A stretch of 64,000 bases of DNA from Parcubacteria group bacterium (GTDB taxonomy: Bacteria > Patescibacteriota > Minisyncoccia > UBA6257). How positions within the stretch are numbered: position 1 is the stretch's first letter; each line of letters begins with the position of its first letter. The position numbers and the translations under genes were made by a program. Below the pieces are notes generated by a model. The model was not told the DNA's origin. It ran no database searches and was given only the letters and a program-made list of their open reading frames with translations. The stretch is from the NCBI GenBank assembly GCA_012798235.1, contig JAAZNP010000004.1:2171-66170 (forward strand). The letters are read 5' to 3'. Shown here in pieces: positions 1 through 9,517 of the stretch.

Positions 1-470
1 AATTGGGTTTTGACACGCACGATTTGCTTGGCGGCAATTTCTATTTCTGTGGCTTGGCCTTCAGCCCCACCCATTACTTGGTGCAGCAAGATTTCTGAAT
101 TAGGCAAGGCAAATCTTTTGCCCTTTTTGCCAGCGGCTAAAAGCACTGCTGCTCCCGAGGCAGCCATGCCCATGCAAAAAGTAGCCACATCTGGTTTTAC
201 GTATTGCATGGTATCATAAATAGCTAACGTAGCAGTAACTGAGCCACCAGGTGAATTGATATACAAAAGTATGTCTTTTTTAGGATCCTCGTGTTCTAAA
301 AAGAGCAATTGGGCAATAATGGTATTGGCTAAGGCATCATCAATTGGTCCGCCTAAAAAGACGATCCTTTCCTTTAAAAGCCGGGAATAGATATCATAAA
401 CCCTTTCGCCAATATTGGATTTTTCAATAACTGTAGGCACTAAAACCATATTGTTATGTTCTGTATCCAT
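1..470 (-). CDS. clpP: ATP-dependent Clp protease proteolytic subunit (3' part runs off window start; start may be 449)
   Basis: Manual minus-strand translation: [38 protein letters not shown]...YINSPGGSV...[10 protein letters not shown]. Not in the ORF track because it is truncated. Lies downstream of tig in the same orientation. Confidence 0.95.
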   Translation of the reverse strand, partial: MDTEHNNMVLVPTVIEKSNIGERVYDIYSRLLKERIVFLGGPIDDALANTIIAQLLFLEHEDPKKDILLYINSPGGSVTATLAIYDTMQYVKPDVATFCMGMAASGAAVLLAAGKKGKRFALPNSEILLHQVMGGAEGQATEIEIAAKQIVRVKTQ

Positions 471-577
471 ATTGTAGCTGAAATTAAGTTTTAATTATTT
501 ATATAATAAATCTTATTTTTCAATAAGTCAATCTTTTATTTTCTGTTTTTTTATTGGTATAATATGAAGAATGTTTT

Positions 578-1264
578 ATGCCAAAGTTTTCTTTAATTAT
601 CCCTACCTATAATCGTCCCAAGATTCTAATAGATAATTTAAAAAAACTTCGTTTTGATTTTCCTGAAGCAGAAATTATTGTTGTTGATGACGGAAGTCAA
701 ACAGAAATTTTACCAGAGATAAAAAAAGAATTTGGTGGCGCAATTATTTATATTAAAAATGAAAAAAACTTAGGCAAGGGCGCGAGTTTAAGAAAGGGGT
801 TTTTAATGGCTCAAGGTGATTATTTAATTTTTACTGATGACGATTTGCCTTATGGTACCCCTATTATTAAATTAATTTTAGAGCAGTTAAATGAGGGGCA
901 CTCTATTGTTATTGGCCAACGTGATTTTTTTAGCGACTCTTTTTTTAAAAAATTAGGACGTTTAACTTTTAATGCGATATTCAAACCGCTTTTAGGCATC
1001 AAAATTAAAGACACGCAAGCAGGGATTAAAGGGTTTAAAGTCGATGTTGGTAAAAAGCTTTTTCAATTAAGTTTTACTAATCGTTTTGCCATTGATTTAG
1101 AAATTCTGTATTTAGCGCAGAAATTTAATATTCCTATTTCTACTATTTTTGTACAAACCCCTCAACAACAGTTGACTACTTTTTCCTGGTTAGACACTTT
1201 GAATATCGCCCTTGATGTTTTTAAAATAATATTTCACCATTATGAAAAAAACGCTTTTCATTGA
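578..1264 (+). CDS. GT2 glycosyltransferase, polyprenol-phosphate sugar synthase (DPM1/Alg5-like)
   Basis: IIPTYN, VVDDGS, NLGKG, FTDDD, DTQAGIKGF and FAIDLEILY motifs. Confidence 0.85.
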   Translation: MPKFSLIIPTYNRPKILIDNLKKLRFDFPEAEIIVVDDGSQTEILPEIKKEFGGAIIYIKNEKNLGKGASLRKGFLMAQGDYLIFTDDDLPYGTPIIKLILEQLNEGHSIVIGQRDFFSDSFFKKLGRLTFNAIFKPLLGIKIKDTQAGIKGFKVDVGKKLFQLSFTNRFAIDLEILYLAQKFNIPISTIFVQTPQQQLTTFSWLDTLNIALDVFKIIFHHYEKNAFH

Positions 1265-3356
1265 GATTATTGTTACTTTAATTATTTTTGCCTTAATTTA
1301 TGGTTTTTTAGGTCAGCATATTCCTTGGCAATATGTTTTAAAAAATACTATTATTTCTGGTGGCGATACTGGTTCGCATAATTATGTTGCTTGGTATAGT
1401 CATGAAATTTTCCCAAAACTAAAATGGTGGTCACCCGATTGGTATGCTGGTTTCCCGTTTTTGTATTTTTATCCCCCTTTTCTTTATTATCTGACTGATA
1501 TTTTGAGCGCGCTTATTCCATTTAATATCGCTTTTAAATTAATTACTTTATTAGGCACTTTTTTGTTACCCTTGGCTATTTATTTATTTTTAAAATTATT
1601 AAAATTCGAGTTTCCTATTCCTGCAATTGGTTCTCTTTTTAGCCTTGGCTTGCTGTTTTTAGAAAAATTCTCTATCTACGGCGCTAATTTGCCTAGCACT
1701 TTAGCTGGCGAATTTTCTTATGCTTTTTGTTTTGCTTTATTTTTTATTTTTTTTGGTTTTCTGTATCGAGATTTAAAGAATAATAAAGTTTCAGGTATTC
1801 CTATTTTATTTTTAGCTTTAATGGCTATTAGCCATCCTTTTGCAGTTATTGTTAGTGTTTTAGTAGCCGTGCTTCTTTTAATTTCATCTCTAATAACACG
1901 AAAATTTAAAAGTATTTTCTCGAAAATACTCATTACTTATGGTTTGGGGTTTGGTTTAAGTGCTTTTTGGTCTTTGCCCTTTTTATTTCTTTTAGGTTAT
2001 ACCTCAAAAATGACCTGGACTAAAGTAATTAATTTTAAGGAGATGTTTCCTCCGACTTTATATCCCTTATTAATTATTGCAATTATTGGTTTAATCTATG
2101 GTTTTTGGAAAAGAAAAAAGGAAATCCTTTATGTGCTATTAATCATTATTGCCAGCACTATCCCTTATTTTCTACTTAATCATTCGAGTATTTGGAATAC
2201 TCGCTTTTTACCTTTTGTTATTATCGGCTATATTATTTTGGCTGCGATGGGATTAGGCTTTTTTATTAACGATTTTAGTAATCTTGTTTTTCGTTTCAAA
2301 AATTCAGAAAAAAAATTAATTTTTAATTATTTGTTAAGGTCATTAATCACGATTGCCTTTGCCAGTATTTTTATTTTTGTTTATTTACCAAAAACTATTA
2401 CCTACATTGATTTTTGGATGGAATGGAATTATAAAGGGTTTGAATCAAAAAATGAATGGTCAAAATTAGTGGCATTAAGCGATTATCTTAAAGCGCTGCC
2501 TTATGGACGCGTGATGTGGGAGTACCGTGGCGATTATGATAAATTTGGCACTCCCCGGGTGCTAGAAAATTTGCCTATTTGGACAGGAAAGCCAACTTTT
2601 GAAGGGTTATTAATTGAATCATCAATTTCTGGTTATTTTCATTTTATTAATCAAGCAGAAACCACTAAAACGCCAACAGCAGCAATTGCGGGGATGAAAT
2701 ATCCTTCTTTTAATTTTGAAAATGGCGTCAAACACATGCAATTATTCGGAGCTAATTATTTTGTTGCTTATACTCAAGATATTAAAAATTTAGCTGATAA
2801 ATATTTAATCCATCTTCGAGATGTAAATGATTTTTCTATTTATGAAGTTCCTCATTCGGAATTGGTGACTGTTGTTCCAGATATTAATTTAATAAAAAAA
2901 CAAAAAGGATGGCTGGATCAATCCATTGAGTGGTATAAGGCAATGGATTTTTCTAACTTTTTAGTTTTCTATCAAAATAATAAGGAGAAAAACGAAATTG
3001 ATAATACATTAAAACCCAGCTTATTAGTAAAGCAGCCAATTATGATAAAAGAAATAAAAAAAGATTCTCTAACATTTACTACCGAGAATCTTTATCAACC
3101 GCATTTGGTGAAAATAACTTATTTCCCTGGTTGGAAAGCTACGGGTGCTAAAGGGCCTTATTTGATCAGTCCTTCTTTTATGATGGTGATTCCAACGCAG
3201 CAAGAAGTTACTTTAAAATTTGGCTATAATTGCTGGGATAAAATAGGAATGGGATTATCAATTATTAGCGCGATTACTGTTGTTTTTCTAATAATTCGAA
3301 AACCTTCTCGTTTCTTATCAATCCCGAAGCGAAAATTTTTAACTCCTCAAGATTGA
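1242..3356 (+). CDS. Multi-pass membrane protein, GT-C superfamily (PTPS-related/YfhO-like) glycosyltransferase
   Basis: GGDTGSH...WSPDWYAGFPFLYFYPP N-terminal loop, about 11 TM helices, YFPGWKA C-terminal motif; overlaps the GT2 gene. Confidence 0.7.
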   Translation: MKKTLFIEIIVTLIIFALIYGFLGQHIPWQYVLKNTIISGGDTGSHNYVAWYSHEIFPKLKWWSPDWYAGFPFLYFYPPFLYYLTDILSALIPFNIAFKLITLLGTFLLPLAIYLFLKLLKFEFPIPAIGSLFSLGLLFLEKFSIYGANLPSTLAGEFSYAFCFALFFIFFGFLYRDLKNNKVSGIPILFLALMAISHPFAVIVSVLVAVLLLISSLITRKFKSIFSKILITYGLGFGLSAFWSLPFLFLLGYTSKMTWTKVINFKEMFPPTLYPLLIIAIIGLIYGFWKRKKEILYVLLIIIASTIPYFLLNHSSIWNTRFLPFVIIGYIILAAMGLGFFINDFSNLVFRFKNSEKKLIFNYLLRSLITIAFASIFIFVYLPKTITYIDFWMEWNYKGFESKNEWSKLVALSDYLKALPYGRVMWEYRGDYDKFGTPRVLENLPIWTGKPTFEGLLIESSISGYFHFINQAETTKTPTAAIAGMKYPSFNFENGVKHMQLFGANYFVAYTQDIKNLADKYLIHLRDVNDFSIYEVPHSELVTVVPDINLIKKQKGWLDQSIEWYKAMDFSNFLVFYQNNKEKNEIDNTLKPSLLVKQPIMIKEIKKDSLTFTTENLYQPHLVKITYFPGWKATGAKGPYLISPSFMMVIPTQQEVTLKFGYNCWDKIGMGLSIISAITVVFLIIRKPSRFLSIPKRKFLTPQD

Positions 3357-4302
3357 TTTTATTTTTGAGCTCAGGGTCAGGTAATTGATTTAAAATTTCG
3401 TTGATTTTTTTCTCGATTTCTTCTTCGGTAATTTCTATTTTTTCTTGTTCGGCAATTTCTTTTAAAACAAGAGCCATTTTAACTCTTTTTTCAGCCAGAG
3501 GGAGAAAATCTTTTAATAGCTCCTCTTCTGTTTTTTTAATTTGCTTTAAATATTCTTCAAAAGGAAGCTGCATTTCAGCCAAGCGAATTTTAAGTTCCTC
3601 CATCATTTTTGATTTTTCAGCCTCAATTAAAATATCCGGTATTTCTTCTTTGATTTGTTTTATGATTTCTTCCATAACCTCGAGGCGCCAGCGTTCTTTT
3701 TCTTTTTCTTGTTTTTCGATGGTTAATCCTTCTTTAATATTTTTCTTTAATTCTTCAAGCGTTTGGAAATTACCTAAAGATTGAGCAAAAACATCGTCTA
3801 AGGGAGGAACTATTTTAGTATTAGTTTTAGGGTCAGTAGAAGCGCGAGTTTTTTGAAGCCAAGTTAAAGCCTCAGTTACTTCTTCATCAGTTACCGTTAT
3901 AGGTTGGCGGCTCGTTTGTTTTCCTTGAGCAACTTGGCGATAATCGGTTAAGGTCAAATGGGGCATCACGGAAATTTCTAGTTTTAATTCCACTAAAGAA
4001 TTAGGTATTAATTTAGTAATCGAGATTAAGGGTTGACCCAAAGGTTCAATGTTATTATCGCTAATAATTTGGGAATAAAATTTTTCTAAAGCAAAGAGGG
4101 ACAGCTTTTCATAAAGTTCTATTGGCGAAACATTGCTTTCAACTAAATCTAAAGGAGCCTTGCCCTGACGAAATCCTTTTAAAGTTAAATTTTGACCCAG
4201 TTCTTCAAGGGCTTTATTTTTAAAAGGCAAAAGCTCATTGTTATCAAATGTAACAATAATTTCTACCTTAGATTTTGCTAAAGATTTAATCTTGCTCTTC
4301 AT
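3274..4302 (-). CDS. tig: Trigger factor (short form lacking the FKBP domain)
   Basis: GFRQGKAP ribosome-binding signature; C-terminal domain with AEKRVKMALVLKEIAEQEKIEIT. Confidence 0.92.
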   Translation of the reverse strand: MKSKIKSLAKSKVEIIVTFDNNELLPFKNKALEELGQNLTLKGFRQGKAPLDLVESNVSPIELYEKLSLFALEKFYSQIISDNNIEPLGQPLISITKLIPNSLVELKLEISVMPHLTLTDYRQVAQGKQTSRQPITVTDEEVTEALTWLQKTRASTDPKTNTKIVPPLDDVFAQSLGNFQTLEELKKNIKEGLTIEKQEKEKERWRLEVMEEIIKQIKEEIPDILIEAEKSKMMEELKIRLAEMQLPFEEYLKQIKKTEEELLKDFLPLAEKRVKMALVLKEIAEQEKIEITEEEIEKKINEILNQLPDPELKNKINLEELKIFASGLIRNEKVFELLEKQQ

Positions 4303-5488
4303 TAATATTATCTAAATTGTTTGAACCTTCTTGCTTTTCATTAGCTTCGGCTTCAGCGGTGCCACCTTCAATTATTTCTTCAGGGGCAATAGCAGAACGG
4401 ACATCAATTTTCCAACCAGTTAATTTAGCAGCCAAGCGAACATTCTGACCATTTTTGCCAATAGCTAAAGAAATTTGTTCTGGAGGTACGAAGACTCTTA
4501 CTTCTCTTCTTTCGGGAATGACCTCAGTTTCTTTTACTTGTGCCGGACCAAGAGCGTCAGCGACATATTTGGCTGGTTCTTCAGAAAAAGGAATAATATC
4601 AATACGTTCGCCATTTAATTCATCAATAATAGTGGCTACACGAGTTCCTTTTTGCCCCACACAAGAACCAACAGGATCAATATTTTCTTCATTAGAACTT
4701 ACAGCAATTTTTGTGCGATTACCTGGTTCCCGGCTAATAGATTTTATTTCTACAACACCTTCAGCGATTTCTGGGACTTCGGTTTCAAAAAGTTTGGAAA
4801 CAAATTTTGGATGAGCTCGGGATAAAATAATTACTGGGCCGTGCCCTTTATCTTCTAAGCGCAAAACATAAAACTTTTTTCTTTCCCCAATTTTATAATG
4901 TTCTCCAGGAATGCCTTCATTAGGAAACAAAACACCAAAAGTTTTTCCCAAATCAACATAGATTACTTTTTTCTCAATTCTTTGAATCGTACCACTAACC
5001 ACTTTTTCTTCTTTATCTTTAAATTCTGAAATGATGGTTTCTTTTTCTAATTCGTGTAATTTTTGCAAAATTACTTGTTTGGCTGTTTGAGCGGCAATAC
5101 GGCTAAAATCCTCCTTTACTTCTAAGGGATAAATTATTTCTTCACCGGGTTTAATTTTGGAATTGATCTTGAGAGCTTCTTCTAATAAAATATGTTTTTC
5201 CGGATTGAATTTTATTTTTTTGTTTTCGTTATTTTCAGCAATCTCTTCTGCCTCTTCCTCGGGATTTAAAATTTCTGATGGGTCAACTACAATTTTAACT
5301 TGCCAGAATTTTGTTTCTCCGGTTTCGGGATTAATTTTTGCTTTAACAATTTGCGCCTTTTTACCGTATTCTTTTTTATAAGCAGCAGCTAAAGCAGCTT
5401 CTACTGCTTCTAAAATTTTTTCTTCTGGTAATCCTCGGTCTTCAGATATCTGACGGATTAAAGGATTTAATAATTTTAAATCAATCAT
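4286..5488 (-). CDS. nusA: Transcription termination/antitermination factor NusA
   Basis: FSRIAAQTAKQVILQK, S1 and KH domains, AIGKNGQNVRLAAKLTGWKIDV. Confidence 0.97.
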   Translation of the reverse strand: MIDLKLLNPLIRQISEDRGLPEEKILEAVEAALAAAYKKEYGKKAQIVKAKINPETGETKFWQVKIVVDPSEILNPEEEAEEIAENNENKKIKFNPEKHILLEEALKINSKIKPGEEIIYPLEVKEDFSRIAAQTAKQVILQKLHELEKETIISEFKDKEEKVVSGTIQRIEKKVIYVDLGKTFGVLFPNEGIPGEHYKIGERKKFYVLRLEDKGHGPVIILSRAHPKFVSKLFETEVPEIAEGVVEIKSISREPGNRTKIAVSSNEENIDPVGSCVGQKGTRVATIIDELNGERIDIIPFSEEPAKYVADALGPAQVKETEVIPERREVRVFVPPEQISLAIGKNGQNVRLAAKLTGWKIDVRSAIAPEEIIEGGTAEAEANEKQEGSNNLDNINEEQD

Positions 5489-5499
5489 ATTTTTTAAAT

Positions 5500-5521
5500 A
5501 AAGATCGCGGACGCGATCTTT
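5500..5521 (-). promoter_or_regulatory. Hairpin in the nusA 5' leader
   Basis: Perfect inverted repeat AAAGATCGCG-ga-CGCGATCTTT between the promoter and the nusA ATG. Confidence 0.6.
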
Positions 5522-5531
5522 CTAATTGTTT

Positions 5532-5559
5532 ATTATAGCAAATGTGCTTTAAAAGTCAA
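5532..5559 (-). promoter_or_regulatory. Sigma70-type promoter of nusA
   Basis: TTGACT-N16-TATAAT with a TG extended -10 on the minus strand. Confidence 0.7.
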
Positions 5560-5688
5560 CCCCCTCACTTGGAAAAGATTTGCTATCGCAAAATTAGCTA
5601 TAGAGAAACCATTATATTAGAAGATAAAATTTTCTTTTAAAACTCATTTGATTTTATGAAATAAAATTTATCTTTTCCAAGTGAGGGG
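5560..5688. mobile_element. Non-autonomous palindromic element (MITE/REPIN-like), copy A
   Basis: Terminal inverted repeats CCCCTCACTTGGAAAAGAT/ATCTTTTCCAAGTGAGGGG with TCAA on both flanks; homologous to 14116-14250 and 38605-38738. Confidence 0.75.
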
Positions 5689-5768
5689 TCAAATTGTGGT
5701 ATTATTTATAGAGAAGATTCGAATATGATAATTATATCATAATAACATTATTTTGTCAATGAAGGATA

Positions 5769-6146
5769 ATGAATCATTTAAGATTAGGTAGTTGGGGAGA
5801 AGAAATCGGCATTAAGTATCTTCAAGCTCATAACTACCAAATTATTTCTCGAAATTATCGAAAAAAGTGGGGCGAAATTGATATTGTTGCCTTTGATGGA
5901 CAAAGTAAAGAAACAGTTTTCTTAGAAGTAAAAACAATAAATAGATTAAACACAGCAAGTTTATTACCAGAAGAAGAATTAACACCAGAAAAGATGCTAA
6001 AACTCAAAAGAGTAATCTTAAGTTTTTTAAGCCAGTATCATTTGGAAGATAAACCGTGGCGTTTTGATTTTCTAGCCATAGAAATACAAAATAATGCTTT
6101 AGAACCAGATCTCCGCCATTATAAGGATGTTTATTTAGAATTTTAA
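5769..6146 (+). CDS. YraN family (UPF0102) putative endonuclease
   Basis: GSWGE, NYRKKWGEIDIVA, FLEVKT and WRFDFLAI motifs. Confidence 0.9.
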   Translation: MNHLRLGSWGEEIGIKYLQAHNYQIISRNYRKKWGEIDIVAFDGQSKETVFLEVKTINRLNTASLLPEEELTPEKMLKLKRVILSFLSQYHLEDKPWRFDFLAIEIQNNALEPDLRHYKDVYLEF

Positions 6147-6152
6147 GTGATT

Positions 6153-6192
6153 TGTTTCACACCAAACATTGTGTGAAACAAAGTGTGAAACA
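6153..6192. promoter_or_regulatory. Degenerate parS-like sites and half-sites
   Basis: TGTTTCACaccAAACA plus two GTGTGAAACA half-sites; together they also form an inverted repeat. Confidence 0.55.
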
Positions 6193-6216
6193 TTTTTATA
6201 GAATTGCACTAAAAAA

Positions 6217-6273
6217 TCGCTTAACCATGCGAAAACCAGGCTTTCAAAGCTTAGTTTGCTCATGGTTAAGCGA
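6217..6273. repeat. Long imperfect hairpin between the parS-like sites
   Basis: TCGCTTAACCATG...CATGGTTAAGCGA arms with inner AGGCTTT/AAAGCTT pairing, flanked by A-runs. Confidence 0.7.
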
Positions 6274-6299
6274 AAAAATGACTTTTTTCTCTTGTAAAA

Positions 6300-6315
6300 T
6301 GTTTCACGTGAAACA
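6300..6315. promoter_or_regulatory. parS: parS centromere site (ParB/Spo0J binding)
   Basis: Perfect match to the consensus palindrome TGTTTCACGTGAAACA. Confidence 0.85.
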
Positions 6316-6317
6316 TT

Positions 6318-7439
6318 TTAAGTTAAAATTCTAGGAAGCCAAGGGTTAATTCGAGTGACGATTTCGTAATTTATAGTGTTAGCCCAAGAAGCTAAATCAT
6401 TAGCACTGATTATTTGATTTTTGCTTTTACCGATTAAAATTACTTTATCACCAACTTTAGCATTAGGTACTTTAGTAATATCCACCATTGATAAATTCAT
6501 ACAGATTCTACCTCGAATCGGGCATTTTTTGCCCTTGATAATTACCTGAGCTCGATTAGAAAAGAGTCGATCATAACCATCCCAATAACCAACCGGAATA
6601 ATTGCTAAATTAGTTTTCTTTTTAGTAGTATATGTACCGCCATAACCAATTTTTGTTTTTGGCGGCAAATCTTTTATTTGAAGAATTGTCGTATACCAAA
6701 ATAGAGCTGGTTTTAAATTAATTCTTTGGGCAATTTTTTCATTATCATATAAACCATACAGACCAATTCCTAATCTGATGCCATTTAGAAGGGACTCTTT
6801 ATAAAGAACACTGCTAGCAGTGCAAGCAAAATGCTTTAAGGGGATATGAATTTTCTGACTTTCAAGTTGTTTTATCAGGTTTTTAAATTTTTTTAATTGA
6901 TAATAGGTATATTGGGGATTATCCTCACTAGAAGCAAAATGGCTCCAAATACCTTCTAAAATAAGATTTTGATAAGGTTTTAATTTTTCAATAAACGATA
7001 GGGTATCTTGGGGCATAATTCCGGTTCGAGAAGCGCCAGTGTCAATTTCTAAATGTATCTTGACAGTTTTATTTAAATGTTTCGCAATATCATTAAGAAT
7101 TTGTGCTTGTTGAAGATCGTAAAGAGCAAAAATAACTTTATTTTTGATAGCTTTTTTTAATAAGTTCCTATCTAATTCGTAAAAACTTAAGACAAAAATT
7201 GGTTTTTTAATTTTAAAATCAATAAGTTTTAAAGCTTCTTCTAAGCTCACGACGCAAATACGATCAACGTCCTTGTTTTTGTCACAAATTTGAGCCACTT
7301 CGAAAAAACCATGGCCATAGGCATTAGATTTAATTACCGACATAAGCAATTTATCAGGACCAATTAATTTCCGAAATTGGCTGATATTGTAATTAATGGC
7401 TGACTTATTAATTTCTAACCAAGTTAATGGTTTGTTCAT
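6318..7439 (-). CDS. alr: Alanine racemase
   Basis: VIKSNAYGHG PLP lysine, IDTGASRTG, GYWDGY, GRICMN and TINYEIVT motifs. Confidence 0.96.
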   Translation of the reverse strand: MNKPLTWLEINKSAINYNISQFRKLIGPDKLLMSVIKSNAYGHGFFEVAQICDKNKDVDRICVVSLEEALKLIDFKIKKPIFVLSFYELDRNLLKKAIKNKVIFALYDLQQAQILNDIAKHLNKTVKIHLEIDTGASRTGIMPQDTLSFIEKLKPYQNLILEGIWSHFASSEDNPQYTYYQLKKFKNLIKQLESQKIHIPLKHFACTASSVLYKESLLNGIRLGIGLYGLYDNEKIAQRINLKPALFWYTTILQIKDLPPKTKIGYGGTYTTKKKTNLAIIPVGYWDGYDRLFSNRAQVIIKGKKCPIRGRICMNLSMVDITKVPNAKVGDKVILIGKSKNQIISANDLASWANTINYEIVTRINPWLPRILT

Positions 7440-7466
7440 AGATTAAATTTATAAATATAAAGGGAG

Positions 7467-7537
7467 TGGACTCAGCGAGAATCGAACTCGCATCTCCGCA
7501 ATGCGAATGCGGTGTATTACCATTATACTATGAGCCC
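7467..7537 (-). tRNA. tRNA-Ala(CGC)
   Basis: Cloverleaf; anticodon loop TTCGCAT; G3:U70 pair. Confidence 0.93.
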
Positions 7538-7583
7538 ATGTTTTATAAGAAGTATAATTGATTTTATTCTTTTCTTCAATCTC

Positions 7584-7640
7584 TTGACTTTTATTTTTAT
7601 AAGAGTATAATCTAATATATCAATGTAAATTGATATATTA
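7584..7640 (+). promoter_or_regulatory. Promoter and putative ArsR operator
   Basis: TTGACT-N16-TATAAT (7584-7611) followed by a perfect 12-4-12 inverted repeat TAATATATCAAT-gtaa-ATTGATATATTA (7613-7640), directly before the ArsR gene. Confidence 0.75.
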
Positions 7641-7645
7641 TTTCA

Positions 7646-7942
7646 ATGAAAAAACACAAAAACTTACTATCTTTAAATGAACATCAACTTTTAGATTTTT
7701 TGAAAATCATTAGCGATGAGGAGCGTTTTAAAATTATTCATTTGCTTCGTCAAAAATCTTATTGCGTTTGCGAACTAAGCCAGTTATTAGATTTACCTCA
7801 GAATTTAATTTCTTATCATTTAAAAGTTTTAAAAGATTTTGGAATAATAAATTTAAAGAAAAATGGTCGCAAGAATTTCTATTCCATAAATATTAAAATT
7901 CTTTCTTCTCTTTGCCACATTTTAAACAAAAATTTAACCTAA
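7646..7942 (+). CDS. ArsR/SmtB family transcriptional repressor
   Basis: CVCEL metal-sensing motif; LPQNLISYHLKVLK helix-turn-helix. Confidence 0.92.
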   Translation: MKKHKNLLSLNEHQLLDFLKIISDEERFKIIHLLRQKSYCVCELSQLLDLPQNLISYHLKVLKDFGIINLKKNGRKNFYSINIKILSSLCHILNKNLT

Positions 7943-7950
7943 TTAAAACT

Positions 7951-8205
7951 ATGACGATCAAAATTTTGGGTTCTGGTTGCCCTAACTGCCAGTTATTAGA
8001 GGCACAAACTAAAAAAGCCGTGGAGGAATTAGGATTAAAAGATATTCCAATCGAGCATGTTTATGATATTGATAAAATCATTGAAATGGGTATTGCTTTT
8101 ACTCCAGCTTTAGTAATTAATGATGAAATAAAACTCATGGGTAAGATTCCTTCCGTAGAAGAGTTAAAAGCATTAATTCAAGAATCATTAAAAAATAACA
8201 AATAA
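7951..8205 (+). CDS. Small redox-active disulfide protein (MTH895/thioredoxin-like)
   Basis: IKILGSGCPNC and TPALVIN motifs; ATG at 7951 preferred over the ORF-track start. Confidence 0.88.
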   Translation: MTIKILGSGCPNCQLLEAQTKKAVEELGLKDIPIEHVYDIDKIIEMGIAFTPALVINDEIKLMGKIPSVEELKALIQESLKNNK

Positions 8206-8217
8206 AAACTGAAAAAT

Positions 8218-9261
8218 ATGAGAAGATTAACCTTCGGTATTATTTTAATTGTATTAATTTTAGGAATTTTAGTGAGTTATGAGTGGTATGGCGCTTTTAA
8301 AAAATCCCATTTAATTGAGATGGGCATTTATTCTAAAGAACCGTTTCCTATCACCTCAGGCACTCCTTGGTATTTAATTCCCTTTTATACTTTATTATCT
8401 TATTTACAAAAAGCCTGGTTTTGTTTAGGTATGGCTTTTTTAATTGCTGGCGCCGTACAAACTTTTATTCCCAAAGAATTAATCATTAAACATTTAGGCA
8501 AAAGAAGCGCTAAAGCTTATTTAATGGCTGCTTTCGGCGGACCCTTACTTTCAGTTTGCTCTTGCTCGATTATTCCTTTATTTGCTGCCATTAAAAAAAG
8601 AGGCGCTGGTTTAGGACCAGCTATTACTTTTCTTTTAGCCACCCCAGCGATTAATCCAGCAGCGATTATTTTAACTTTTAGTCTATTAAACTGGAAATTT
8701 GTGGCAGGAAGAATTATTCTAGCTTTATCAGCTGCAATTATTACTGGTTTAATTTTAGAAAAAATTTGGGGCCAAGAAGACAATGCCCAATTATCTTCTT
8801 TGAATGTTGAATACCAACATATTCCTTTGAATTTAAAGAAAGATCTAATAGATTGGCTTAAAAATGTTTGGGATTTTATTAAAAAAATTCTTCCTTTAGT
8901 TCTTTTGGGTATTTTTATTATTGGAATAATAAAGATCTTTTTGACCACTGAAGTTATTGGCAAATATTTAGGACCAGGATTATGGCAAACTGCTTTAGCT
9001 TCTATTTTAGGGGTAGTGATGTATACCCCAACCTTAGTAGAGATTCCTTTTATTAGAGAACTATTAGGTTTAGGCATGGGCACTGGTCCAGCTTTAGCCT
9101 TTCTTCTAACTGGTCCAGCTTTAAGCTTGCCTTCCATGCTTGGCATTTCTAAAGTTATTGGCTGGAAAAAGGTTTTAAATTATGCTTTGATGATGTGGAT
9201 TTTAGGTATTATTGGTGGTTTGATTTTTAATTATTTTGTTCCTGTGATACACTTATTATAA
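8218..9261 (+). CDS. ArsP/DUF318 family permease
   Basis: VCSCSIIP, FLLATPAINP and LLTGPALSLPS motifs; about 8 TM helices. Confidence 0.85.
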   Translation: MRRLTFGIILIVLILGILVSYEWYGAFKKSHLIEMGIYSKEPFPITSGTPWYLIPFYTLLSYLQKAWFCLGMAFLIAGAVQTFIPKELIIKHLGKRSAKAYLMAAFGGPLLSVCSCSIIPLFAAIKKRGAGLGPAITFLLATPAINPAAIILTFSLLNWKFVAGRIILALSAAIITGLILEKIWGQEDNAQLSSLNVEYQHIPLNLKKDLIDWLKNVWDFIKKILPLVLLGIFIIGIIKIFLTTEVIGKYLGPGLWQTALASILGVVMYTPTLVEIPFIRELLGLGMGTGPALAFLLTGPALSLPSMLGISKVIGWKKVLNYALMMWILGIIGGLIFNYFVPVIHLL

Positions 9262-9265
9262 ATAC

Positions 9266-9517
9266 ATGAATAATAATTTAATTAAAATTTATTCTTCGCC
9301 AGATTGTCCTTATTGCTATACCGTAAAAGATTATCTTAATCAAAAAGGGATTAATTTTGAAGAAATTGATTTATATGAAGAGCCAGAGAAAAGAAAAGAA
9401 ATGGAAGAAATTTCTCATCAAAAGAACATTCCAGTTTTAGTCATTAATAATGAAGTAGTTGTGGGTTGGAATAAAGAAAAAATTGATGAACTTTTAAAGA
9501 AATATGGATTTATATGA
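9266..9517 (+). CDS. Glutaredoxin-like (NrdH/YruB) protein
   Basis: YSSPDCPYC, IPVLVI and VVGW motifs. Confidence 0.88.
   Translation: MNNNLIKIYSSPDCPYCYTVKDYLNQKGINFEEIDLYEEPEKRKEMEEISHQKNIPVLVINNEVVVGWNKEKIDELLKKYGFI

Noticed and set aside
10-219. 69-aa plus-strand ORF
   Set aside because: Antisense shadow of clpP.
3401-5381. Plus-strand ORFs within tig and nusA, and similar short antisense ORFs throughout the window
   Set aside because: Antisense or out-of-frame shadows of well-supported genes, with no recognisable motifs.
6152-6334. 60-aa ORF with repeated MFHVKH-like peptides
   Set aside because: This is the translation of parS palindromes, not a plausible protein.
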